Shown here: positions 1-13,483 of the stretch, in pieces
How the letters are laid out: each line of letters starts with the position of its first letter
Position numbering within the stretch: the stretch's first letter is position 1
Source of the DNA: the human T2T-CHM13v2.0 reference genome, Homo sapiens
NCBI RefSeq assembly: GCF_009914755.1
Contig: NC_060941.1
Reading direction: 5' to 3' (one strand)
DNA: 64,000 bases
The notes under the pieces: generated by a model
Seen by the model: only the letters and a program-made list of their open reading frames with translations
What the model was told of the DNA's origin: nothing
Databases searched by the model: none
Position numbers and translations under genes: made by a program

Positions 1-46
1 AAGGTGGTGTACCTGGAGGAGCTGCGACGTAGAGGCCCCGACTTTG
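1..46 (+). CDS. MYO15A: MYO15A exon 50 (3' part; exon starts upstream of window), SH3 region
   Basis: Reads KVVYLEELRRRGPDF-G, then donor GTGTGT at 47; phase 1 joins exon at 538 to give GWRFGTIHGRVGRFP. Confidence 0.9.
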
Positions 47-537
47 GTGTGTGCCCCAGAACCTGGAACCCCATACGGGGCGCATCCTAGTTTCACCCAC
101 TCGTGGTGCAGATGCACAGTGAGGGTTTCTTGGTGCCCGAAAGTGGCCTGGGCTGGTCAGGTCTCCTAAGGTCCAGCCGTGGCCTGTCAGTATCTGTTGG
201 TGGCCAGACAGCCCAGCCCTCTGCTTTGCCTGAGGGGTCTCCGTGGGCATTTCCATGTTTGTGGCCTGAATCTCTCTTTATGTCTCCACATGACCTGAGA
301 GTCCACAAACCCTGCTTTGCCTTTTTGCTTCACTTCCCCTTTATGGTCCTGTGGCCCTGAGAAAATCCCTTTCTTTCCCTGAGCCTGTTTCCTCATCTGT
401 AAAATGGGTTTGATGGCCTGGCCTGCCTCATAGAGTTCCAGAGAAGGGTTAAGAATGTTCCCAAATCTCCCTAAAGGACCCCCTTAGTCACAAGACAAGA
501 CCCTCCTGTTTGCCTCAGACCTTTTACCCACCCCTAG

Positions 538-716
538 GCTGGAGGTTCGGGACCATCCACGGGCGCGTGGGCCGCTTCCCTTCGGAGCTGGTGCAGCCCG
601 CTGCTGCCCCCGACTTCCTGCAGCTGCCAACGGAGCCAGGCCGCGGCCGAGCAGCCGCCGTGGCCGCTGCTGTGGCCTCTGCAGCCGCTGCACAGGAGGT
701 GGGCCGCAGGAGAGAG
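538..716 (+). CDS. MYO15A: MYO15A exon 51 (end of SH3, Ala-rich linker)
   Basis: cccctag acceptor, GAG|GTGAGA donor, 179 nt; WRFGTIHGRVGRFPSELVQP...QEVGRRRE. Confidence 0.95.
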
Positions 717-1338
717 GTGAGACCAGTGTGGGTGGGGTGGGGCGGGGTAGACCAGGGGGAAGGGGCCGCTGCAGAAGGGGTGAGGCGAGTGGGGATAAGG
801 TGGGCCAAGGGCCTGGCCAGGCTCTTGGGGCGTGGCTGATCTTGGACTAGTGTGAGGGTGAACCAGGTAGAGTGAGCCGCAGGTGAGACCCGGGAGATGG
901 GACCAGAGATGGTTGGAGGTGTGGCCAAATGGGGTAGGGAAGGATGAAGATCAGCTGGTTGTAATCAGGACAATGGGGTCAGACCAGCCGGGGCCCGCCA
1001 GTTGGTGAAGTCTACTGGGTTTGGGGCGGTGCCAGGTGAGTGGGCGGCTTGTGGAGCTAGCGAGGGGCGGGGTCAGCTGTGACGTGGCAGTTGCGGAAGT
1101 CAACCCCGGGCAAGGGCGTGGCCAAGTGGGGCAGGGAGCCAGGTTAGCACAGCAAGTAAAAGGCGTGGGCGGGCTGAAGGGGTAAGAACAACGGGATGCG
1201 GGTGGGTCCACAGGGATGGGTGGGTGGGCGGCTTGAGAATCTGGGTCCAGTCAGCTAGGGGTTGCGTTGTCAGTTTTGACCGAAGGGCTAGGCGTGGTGT
1301 GGCCGGACTGGGCCTTCCTAGCTCCGCCTCTTCTGCAG

Positions 1339-1454
1339 GGTCCCCCAGTCAGGGCCCGCTCTGCTGACCATGGGGAGGACGCCCTGGCGCTCCCACCCTA
1401 CACAATGCTCGAGTTTGCCCAGAAGTATTTCCGAGACCCTCAGAGGAGACCCCA
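1339..1454 (+). CDS. MYO15A: MYO15A exon 52
   Basis: ttctgcag acceptor, GTGAGT donor, 116 nt; GPPVRARSADHGEDALALPPYTMLEFAQKYFRDPQRRP. Confidence 0.95.
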
Positions 1455-1740
1455 GTGAGTGGCGGCCCCACCCCTCTTCCCACAGTGGGAGGGTGCTGGG
1501 CTTCTTGCTGCCATCCAAACTGCAGGCTGTCAGTCTCGGAGGCCCCACTTCTGGTGGGAGAGATGAGAGACCACCCAGGTGTGAGGCTCATTTCAGTGCC
1601 TGCCTCTGGGGGTCTTCGTGACCGGTAGACTGATCAGTGGTGGGTCAAGAACCCCCTCCCTGGGGGTTCTTTCCCATGTGGAAAAGGATGTAGCCAAGGC
1701 TTGGGCAGGACAGGTCAGTAGCACCCACCTCCCACTGCAG

Positions 1741-1813
1741 GGATGGCCTCAGGCTGAAATCCAAGGAGCCTCGGGAGTCCAGAACCTTGGAGGACATGCT
1801 TTGCTTCACCAAG
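1741..1813 (+). CDS. MYO15A: MYO15A exon 53
   Basis: cactgcag acceptor, AAG|GTGTCC donor, 73 nt; DGLRLKSKEPRESRTLEDMLCFTK. Confidence 0.92.
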
Positions 1814-2090
1814 GTGTCCAGTCCCGGACCTCAGTTTCCCCATCTGTAAAATGGTGATGCAGGGGCCCCCTCCCAGGCCCCTGGGGCCAACAAACTTGTT
1901 CTCAGTGAGACCCTCTGATTCTCAGCACCCTGATTCCCTCCCAAGGACAGCCTCTGTCCCCAGTGTTGGGCCTGGCTCCCCTTTTGTGACGTGGACCCTC
2001 CTGTTATCATATGGCCTTGGAACACAATGTGTCCCCTTTCTGTTCTGACGTGTCCCTCCTCCATCATGACACAGCCCTCTTCCCCCACAG

Positions 2091-2163
2091 ACTCCCCTCC
2101 AGGAATCCCTCATCGAACTCAGCGACAGCAGCCTCAGCAAGATGGCCACCGACATGTTCCTAG
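2091..2163 (+). CDS. MYO15A: MYO15A exon 54 (second MyTH4 start)
   Basis: ccccacag acceptor, 73 nt; TPLQESLIELSDSSLSKMATDMFL. Confidence 0.93.
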
Positions 2164-2421
2164 GTGTGGGAGTGGGACTGCAGCCAGGGCTCTGGGCTAG
2201 GTGGGATCCAGCACTGTGTGATCTCTACTGGTTGCCACTCCTCCCTGATCTTCAGATTCTTTCCCTCCCGCCAGCTCAGACATGGAACACATTTAAGAGA
2301 ATAGAAGCTCCCAGCTGCCTGTGGCCAAGGCTCCCAGGGAGGGGCTCAGCCCTGGGGCTTCCTGGGGTGGGTGGGCAACTGGGGGTTTGGTGGGTCTGAG
2401 TGGGATAGGTCTTTCCTACAG

Positions 2422-2495
2422 CTGTAATGAGGTTCATGGGGGATGCCCCACTGAAGGGCCAGAGTGACCTGGACGTGCTTTGTAACCTCCTGAAG
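2422..2495 (+). CDS. MYO15A: MYO15A exon 55 (MyTH4)
   Basis: cctacag acceptor, AAG|GTCAGT donor, 74 nt; AVMRFMGDAPLKGQSDLDVLCNLLK (MyTH4 FMGD motif). Confidence 0.95.
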
Positions 2496-2750
2496 GTCAG
2501 TCCAGCCAACTTTGCCAGATGCCCCCTTTCCTGCTCTGTGGTTCAGTTTCCCCATCTATCAATGAGTCACAGGACATTAGGGTGGGAAACCTCTCCCATG
2601 GTCCAAAGAGGAATGCATCATGCTGGTGGGGAGGGGGCTGGGAAAGGGACACCAGGCCTGTCTTCAGGTGCCCACCCTGTTCTTATGTACCTGGTATATG
2701 ACATAGCCCCTCACATGTCTTTGGTGTGTAACCTCCCTGCCCCCCTTCAG

Positions 2751-2833
2751 CTGTGCGGGGACCATGAGGTCATGCGGGATGAATGTTACTGCCAAGTTGT
2801 GAAGCAGATCACAGACAATACCAGCTCCAAGCA
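2751..2833 (+). CDS. MYO15A: MYO15A exon 56 (MyTH4)
   Basis: ccttcag acceptor, GTGAGT donor, 83 nt; LCGDHEVMRDECYCQVVKQITDNTSSK (MyTH4 RDExYxQxxKQ motif). Confidence 0.96.
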
Positions 2834-3057
2834 GTGAGTGAACTGGACTTTACCCCACCATCCCCTCACTGTGTCCATGCTCCAGGAGGGACCAGTTCAG
2901 CCTCCCACCTCCTCAGGCCTGACCCCTCCTGGATTATCTTCCTCTCACCCTCATCCTCACTCAATAGAGCACGTTTTTTGGAATTACTTGGTCTGGAACA
3001 CACCATTTCTGCTCTCTGAACTTTAGTGCCCTCATCTGTAAAATGACAGTGATAATG

Positions 3058-3550
3058 TGTAAGTCCAGATTCTTAGTTGCAAGTGACAGAAACCCAACTC
3101 AATCTGGTTTAGCCAAAAGGGAACTTGTTGATTCAGAGAAGTGAAAAGTCAGTGAGTATGTGGCCTCAGGCATAGCTGGATCCAGGTGTCATCAGGAAGC
3201 AGGCTTTCTCCATCTTCTGGCTCTGCTTTCCTCTGTGTTGATCATTCCCAAACAGCCTCTCGCACAGAGTAGCAAGGTGGCAGGTCTGGGGCAACAGCTC
3301 AGCAATCCCAGAGAAAGCAAGACTGACCCAATATTTGCTGTAGAAATTCTTAAATCCAGCCTTACAGGCCTGAGTTGGTCACATGCTCAACCCTGAACCA
3401 ACTATGCCTATCCCTGGGCCAATCACTGTGGCCAGGGGCTGCGGTGTTCACATTGACCAAACCTGACTTCCATGCCCATCTCCAAACCACAGGGATCCAG
3501 AGCGGGGTGGGTGGTTTCCCAAAGGAAGCCCAAGTGTTGTTCCCAGACAC
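3058..3550 (-). mobile_element. Old MaLR LTR (MLT1K/L-like)
   Basis: ttgcaagtgacagaaacccaactcaa and ggtcacatgctcaaccctgaacc...ccaatcactgtggccagggg resemble the recalled consensus. Confidence 0.55.
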
Positions 3551-4132
3551 CAGATATCCCTACAAATGAAACCCTCACACCCAGGACCATGTGAAGATGA
3601 ATTACTGTGTTCCACTCATGCAGGGCCAGCACACAGTACGTGCCCAATGTGTGCATGCTCTTGTTACCATCAGGTCCACCCTCCTGTCTCCATCTGTACT
3701 ACCTCCTCACTTGCTCTCCATCTCCTCAGGATTTTTAGAACCACTCAGCTTGTCCTCCTGCTCCTCCCAGCCCTGGGCCTTACCTGGCATGACCTCTACA
3801 CAGTCTCAGCAGCTTCCCCTTTTCCCAGAAGCCTCCCTAGAGAGATCCCCTACCTGTTGTGAGGCAGAGAAGAGAAGAATAGGAGAGGAAAGAGTCGCAG
3901 TGCTTCCCCTACCTGGGGAAGATGTCTGGGGCCCCATCCCCTTCTGTCCCTATCCCCAATCCTGACTTCCCAAGCAGAATATGCCTTTTGCATATCACTG
4001 CGCAGGGAGGGGCATCCTCAGGGGACAGGAGCTGCCTGAGAGTTGGAATCTGTCTCAGCTCAATCCCAGGAGGCTCTTGGCACACTCTAGTGCTGTGGCC
4101 ACCTCTGCTGTAGCCCCCATGTGTCCTTGCAG

Positions 4133-4263
4133 GGACAGCTGCCAGCGAGGCTGGAGGCTGCTGTATATCGTGACCGCCTACCACAGCTGCTCTGAGGTCC
4201 TCCACCCACACCTCACTCGCTTCCTCCAAGACGTGAGCCGGACCCCAGGCCTGCCCTTTCAGG
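4133..4263 (+). CDS. MYO15A: MYO15A exon 57 (MyTH4)
   Basis: ccttgcag acceptor, GTGAGA donor, 131 nt; DSCQRGWRLLYIVTAYHSCSEVLHPHLTRFLQDVSRTPGLPFQ. Confidence 0.96.
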
Positions 4264-5179
4264 GTGAGAGGTCAATGAGTGGGAACCCAGGGCTGCATGC
4301 TTCTCCCTTGGGGACTGGGTGGACAGCTGGTGGGAGGGGAAACCCAGAGGGCCTCGCTCTTCACAGGTGCTGAGCAATGTTTACCAATATTAATATACTC
4401 CCCAAACATTTGTTAAGGTTTCACAGGGGCTGGCGTGGTGGTTTGTCTGATCTAATGGAGGGGGTGGTCAGGGATGACTCCTTGGAGGAAGTATTGCCCT
4501 GGGTAGGAGGGATTTCCAGGTGGAGTGAGTGACAGGAGCAAAGACAGGAGTGGGAATATGTGGTACGTGGGAGAAGAGAAGGAGGTGGGCAAGAATCCAG
4601 AGTACTGGGGTGCGGCCCTGCCTCTCTGACTGTTGGGACTCAGCAAGGGTCTTGAGGGATCTGGGCAGAGGTGGGCCCAAGCTGGTATCATCCCCCTTAG
4701 AATATGGAGAAAGGGGGGGCCACTCTTCAGCGTTGTTTCCATAGCAACCCCTGGGGCTCCCTAAGAAGGAGGCTGGGGCCCCTGTAGTCACCATGGCAGC
4801 CGTGGAGGAGATAGGAGACCTTACCCTTCCTGCCTCTGAATGCTTCTCTCTGATTCAATTAACAAACATTCAACCCACAGATGAATAGACCCAGCTCCCT
4901 ATGGAAGAGCTCCCAGATGCATAAAAGCAGCAGAATGTGCCCTAGAACTCTTGACTCAAGAGAAATGGAGCACTGATGCTGGGGTCTCCTGCACTGGGAG
5001 GCCTGGGTGAGGGAGGGCAGCTGGCAGGGTATCCCAGCTGGCATGAGCAGAGCTGCATCACCCTAGCCACAGAGCCTGTGAGATACAAGCTCCCCAGTCA
5101 GCAGCTCAGGGTGACAGCGGTTTCCAGGCGTATAGGTTGCCAAGGGGACTATGGGCTAGATAAAAGGTCCTTAGCCACA

Positions 5180-5883
<704 letters not shown>

Positions 5884-6059
5884 TCAGGTGCATTGCACTC
5901 AGGGGCTTGCAGACAGGCCCTGCGCGGTCCAGGTGCTCAAGTGTTCCTACACGTGCCAGCCCAGGATCCTTTGGCTTGGGAACTCCCAGGGCAGGAGACA
6001 AGGGCTGTCCCAGATCCTAGGACCCAACCTGTCATCCCTCTCCCACCTATCTACCCCAG

Positions 6060-6137
6060 GCAGGCCGCAGTTCCAAGAGGCAACTCTTTCTTCTTCCTGG
6101 AGGCCTTGAACGCCATCTCAAAATCAAAACATGCACT
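6060..6137 (+). CDS. MYO15A: MYO15A exon 59 (FERM start)
   Basis: ccccag acceptor, GTAAGT donor, 78 nt; AGRSSKRQLFLLPGGLERHLKIKTCT. Confidence 0.95.
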
Positions 6138-6557
6138 GTAAGTGAAGAAATGTCTCCTGCAGCCAGGTACTGGAGGGGCAGGGACAAGGACAGCCCAGGC
6201 TCCAGGATGGGGGTGGAGTAAGCCCCCAATGATGCTGAGCCCTCCCAGGCTCTCCCACAGCCCCACAAGGCAGGACTTATTTCTCAGAAGAGCAAACTGC
6301 ACCTCAGAGAGGTTAAGCCTCTGGCTCAGGGTCATCCTGCAAAAAAGGGACAGAAGCAGATTTTAAACCTAAGTCTCAGACCACAAGCTGTGTTCTTTCC
6401 CTGCCTGAGGCTGATTCTCAGAGACCTCAGAGGATTGTGCGCCTTTGTGAAGAGGGCTGAGGAACTCCACACATGGCCTCTGGGGGCCTGAGTGGGGCCA
6501 GAAGGACAGAGGTCAAGCCCAACTGGCATGGCCTCATCTCTTCCGCCCCACCCCCAG

Positions 6558-6654
6558 GTGGCCCTGGACGTGGTGGAAGAGATATGTGCTGAGATGGCTC
6601 TGACACGCCCTGAGGCCTTCAATGAATATGTTATCTTCGTTGTCACCAACCGTG
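6558..6654 (+). CDS. MYO15A: MYO15A exon 60 (FERM)
   Basis: cccccag acceptor, GTGAGT donor, 97 nt; VALDVVEEICAEMALTRPEAFNEYVIFVVTNR. Confidence 0.96.
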
Positions 6655-7363
6655 GTGAGTGCCAGGAAGACTGAGCATGCTGGGCCCATTCCCATCCCCG
6701 GGCCTTGTGCCATGTGGGGCCCTCCACCCAGATTTTAGGGCCCAAGTCAGGTGCCACTTCCTCCAGGAAGCCCCTTGACCCCCATGTGGAAGGATCTCTG
6801 TGTGTACCAAGCACGCCCAGCCCTTTATCTGTCCCTTTCTGCTTTGCTTAGTTTGCCTCACCTTATGATGAGAGCCCTCTCTCATCCCTCCCTTTGTCCC
6901 TCAGGACATGCTCAATGTGAGGACACAGGCCGTGCCCTCAAGGAGATTACATCCTGGAAAGGTTTCCATTAATAGCGCCGCATATTATGGAACCTATAGG
7001 AACCTATAGGTGCAAGCCTTCTTTCCTGCCTTTCATGCCTTAATAATGGCCAGAGAAGCCCCTCCCGAGGTGTCACTAGCCCCTCTCGAGGGCTCCTGGG
7101 ACCCTAGGTGACCGTCATGCATCCCAAAGCCCCTTCCATCTGCTGACTGCCCACTCTAGATCATGGTCTTCCCTCCTGTCACCAGCTGGTCAGCTCCAGC
7201 AACCCCCAGCCAGCTCTCCCTACTGCTGCCTCAGTCCTCAGCCATGTGCCATCAGCCCTGCCTGCCCAAGTCCAGCTAAGACATTAGGGGAGAATGGCAG
7301 GTAACAAAACGGTCCTAATAACTGATATTTATTGAACGGATGCTGTGCCCCAGGTATAATTCA

Positions 7364-7923
<560 letters not shown>

Positions 7924-8033
7924 AAAGCATTTCATTCTGTGAACTCTTTTAATCCCCACGACAACCTTATGAAGTGGATGGAGACTGTTAGCTTTTCCAT
8001 TTACAGATGGGAAAACTGAGGCCCAGGGAGGCT

Positions 8034-8536
8034 GTATTAGTTTTCTATTGTTGCTATAACAGATTATCACAAATTTAGTGGCTTAAAAAAACATAAATAT
8101 ATTACCTTATAATTCTGAAAGTCAGAAGTTCTAAAATGAAAATGGCATCAGGGCCAGGTTCCTTCTGGAAGCTCTAGGGAATAATTTGTTTCCTTTCCTT
8201 TTCCGGCTTCTAGAGGCTGCCCGCATTCCTTGGCCCATGGCCCTTTCCTCCATCTCCAAAGCCAGCAGTGTAGAATCCTCATATCTCTCTCCCTGCCAGC
8301 CTCTGCTTCTGGTCTCACATCTCCTCCTCTGATTCTGACCCTTCTGCTTTCCTCTTATGAGGACCCATGTGCTGATGACACTGGGCCTGCTTGGATAATC
8401 CAGGATCATCTCCATCTCCACATCCTTAACTTAATCACATGTGCAGAGTGCCTTTTGCCAGGAAAGTGACATATTCATAAGTTCTAGGGATTAGGACCTG
8501 GACATCTTTGGAGGGGTCATTATTCAGCCTGCCACA
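8034..8536 (-). mobile_element. MaLR LTR (MLT1C/D-like)
   Basis: tgtattagttttctattgttgctataac...aaatttagtggcttaaa start; tattcagcctgccaca end (TG...CA). Confidence 0.75.
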
Positions 8537-9176
8537 GAAGCTGTGACTTACAGTCACACAGTGGTAATCATGTAATCATACCAAACTCCCTCTCTTTAGT
8601 AAGATTTTACTGCAGGTGTGAGATGGGTGGCAAAAATGTCAGTGCAAGAGAGAAAGACTTGAGCTTCTCCCAGGCTCAGACCCCAGTCCTCCCCACCCCC
8701 ACCTATGCCAGGTACCTGGCAAGGGGTCTCTCCTGAAGGAGGTCTGCAGAAAGGCACCCACTGGGTCTCATAGTGTGAGGCCTCTTGTGTTTGTCCTTGT
8801 TCCCAGCCTCCTCTGGAAAGGAGCTGGGCCTTCTCTGAGAATAATGCAGGGCACTTTCCCAGATCCAGGCAGGCCACACTCGGGGCACTCCTCAGGAGCC
8901 CCTCTTTCCCCAGGAGAAATGGAGCATTACTTAAAGCTTTGAATTGGAGTTATTACCATCTGTGGTCATCAATATTTCAGTAAAACATAGGACACCCCAT
9001 TCGACAAGCATGCTCTCCTTTAATGAGGAAGCTGTGTCCCAGAACAGGCAGGTGGCTTGTCCGAGGTGATACCTCACCTGGGTAGCAGATTGGGGTCTGC
9101 ACACATGCTCTGTACAGGTGCACACATGTGTGTGCACACATGCCCCCACCCAGCCCTGCCTCCCTGCTCTCTGCAG

Positions 9177-9337
9177 GCCAGCATGTGTGCCCACTCAGTC
9201 GCCGTGCTTACATCCTGGATGTGGCCTCAGAGATGGAGCAGGTGGACGGCGGCTACATGCTCTGGTTCCGGCGTGTGCTCTGGGATCAGCCACTCAAGTT
9301 CGAGAATGAGCTATATGTGACCATGCACTACAACCAG
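9177..9337 (+). CDS. MYO15A: MYO15A exon 61 (FERM)
   Basis: ctctgcag acceptor, CAG|GTCAGC donor, 161 nt; GQHVCPLSRRAYILDVASEMEQVDGGYMLWFRRVLWDQPLKFENELYVTMHYNQ. Confidence 0.96.
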
Positions 9338-10405
9338 GTCAGCACACGTAGGCTTCTCTGGACTCTGGGACCTTCTAGGCTCCCCTGGGCCTGTGAATCA
9401 GACTCCACAGCCTTGGTGTTTGAAGTGTTCATGATTCAGGCCCTGTGGATGTCTCTAGCCCTGATGTCTCTGCTCCCCTATGTGGTCTCTTTGGAGAAAT
9501 CGAAACAGCCCTCACCACCTTTGAGAGCCTTTGCGCATGCCATCCCTCCATCTGTGCTTCCTGACTTATTTAAGTCCTTCCCAGCAAGCTGCCCCCAAAC
9601 AGCACCTCTTCCATTAGGCCTTCTTTGCATTCCCCTTTCCTTCGGATGTCTTCCTCCTCTGAACATGGGCCTGTCCTTTGCTCCAAGTGCTAAGCCAGGC
9701 TTTGCTAGTACTGTCATTTTTGTCTGTGTGTTATTCTGTGAGACTTAGAAGTCCTCTAAGTCAGGATCATGGAGTTTACAAAGTCTAGGTTTCTCCTACT
9801 GTGCCAGTATGTGTGGAAGTGCTTGGACAGAAAGTGTGTGTTTTTGTGGAACTGGTGCCAAAACTTCAGGAATTGTACACAATATGGTCACGTAGATTTT
9901 GTGGCCACGTGGTGTCACTGTTGAAGCATGGCCCTGTGCAGTCCAGCACCATGCTACTCAACCTGAGGCTTGTGGACTGGCAAAAACGGGAGGCAAATCC
10001 TCAAGTCCCGCCTCAGACCTCCTGCCTCAGACCCTCAGGAGCCCAGCCTGGCTGTCTGTTTTGGCAAGCCCTCCCGTGGCTCAGGCACACTCAGTTTTGA
10101 GAAACAGCAGGCCTGATAGATACATGTCCACACTGCAGTGTTGATGCTCTGCTCTCACCAGCCAGCCCACATCCTACACAAGGTTGCTGTGGGGACTCCC
10201 TCATGGGCATCAAGGCCACAGCCCTCCCACGTCACCCTTATGTGCTTCTGCCATCATTCCCCGAAACCCAGGAAAGTAATAGGCCATCCTACCCCAGAAG
10301 AGGATGGGGCTGCAATCATTAAACATGCATGTCCCCAGGTCCCCTGCAGCCAAGTGCCTGCACGCGTGCCTGCCTGGCAGCCCCTCACCCAGGTGCTCCC
10401 TGCAG

Positions 10406-10539
10406 GTCCTGCCTGACTACCTGAAGGGACTCTTCAGCAGTGTGCCGGCCAGCCGGCCCAGCGAGCAGCTGCTGCAGCAGGTGTCCAAGCTGGCTTCACT
10501 GCAGCATCGCGCCAAGGACCACTTCTACCTGCCGAGCGT
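10406..10539 (+). CDS. MYO15A: MYO15A exon 62 (FERM)
   Basis: ccctgcag acceptor, GTGAGC donor, 134 nt; VLPDYLKGLFSSVPASRPSEQLLQQVSKLASLQHRAKDHFYLPS. Confidence 0.95.
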
Positions 10540-11099
10540 GTGAGCATCTGCCCTCCTGCCTCAGCTGGGGTGGACAGGCAACCCTGCCCTCTCAGCCCAC
10601 CTCCACCCTCCTCAGAGCTGGCAGTCCCCAGGCCCTCAGGCTCCCCTCTTATACCAGTGGGGCTATCTGGGAAGGGGCTGTCCTTGCCTGGGGGCTGAAG
10701 TCTTCCAACTAGCCACAGGAGCTGGGACCCCGCCTCTCTTTCGCAAGTTGCTTCTGGCTGGTATTATTAGCTCAGAGCAAAGGTAATGATAAAAAAAGCT
10801 TTCAGGACACATGTTCCCTGTGGTCCAGGAAATACATGTAGCTATGCAGAAAGATTCAGCCACAAAAGCATTCACTGCAATGCTGCTACAAGAGCAAAAG
10901 ATCAGAAGTAACCTCAATATCCAGCAACAGGGAGTCGTCAAGTAAATTATGGGTGTTAGCCTTTATTTACTTATGTATTTAATTAATTATTGATTTTCTC
11001 TTTCTTTTTTTAAAAATGATATACCACTTTTTATAGAGACGGGGTCTTGCTATGTTGACCAGGCTGAATTTTTTTATTTTTGTAGAAACAGGGTCTTGT

Positions 11100-11404
11100 G
11101 GCCGGGCGCGGTCGCTCATGCCTGTAATCCCAGCACTTTGAGAGGCCAAGGCGAGCGGATCATGAGGTCAGGAGATCGAGACCATCCTGGCTAACATGGT
11201 GAAACTCCGTCTCACTAAAACTACAAAAAATTAGCCAGGCATGGTGGCAGGCACCTGTAGTTCCAGCTACTCGGGAGGCTGAGGCAGGAGAATGACGTGA
11301 ACCCGGGAGGCGGAGCTTGCAGTCAGTGAGCCGAGATAGCGCCATTGCACTCCAACCGGGGTGACAGAGCAAGACTCCGTCTCAAAAAAAAAAAAAGAAA
11401 GAAA
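11100..11404 (+). mobile_element. AluY-like element inserted into an antisense Alu fragment
   Basis: gatcgagaccatcctggctaac diagnostic; TSD agaaacagggtcttg at 11084-11098 and 11405-11419. Confidence 0.9.
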
Positions 11405-11577
11405 AGAAACAGGGTCTTGCTACTTTGCCCAGGCTGATCTTGAACACCTGGGCTCAAGTAACCCTCCTGCCTCAGCCTCCCAAAGCAGTGGGATTACAGG
11501 CATGAGCCACCCTGGCTGGCCTAGACAGCCTTTAAACTGACGTTCTCTAAGTTATAATTAATGCTCACAATGTAAAT

Positions 11578-13056
<1,479 letters not shown>

Positions 13057-13109
13057 GAAAAACGAATAGTAAGATGATGTCCGTACCATGTGTATTCCAG
13101 CGCCTGTAA

Positions 13110-13483
<374 letters not shown>

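Noticed and set aside
6947-6958. 12-mer ttacatcctgga shared with exon 61 (9208-9219), suggesting a duplicated mutually exclusive exon
   Set aside because: Different reading frame, no extended homology, and the surrounding text resembles an L2 fragment (tgccctcaaggag-ttaca)
9128-9748. 206-aa ORF
   Set aside because: MYO15A exon 61 plus chance open frame into the flanking introns; splice sites delimit the real exon
10331-10392. Decoy acceptors upstream of exon 62 (AG at 10348-10349 and 10391-10392)
   Set aside because: Both shift the frame and have ordinary pyrimidine tracts; common noise
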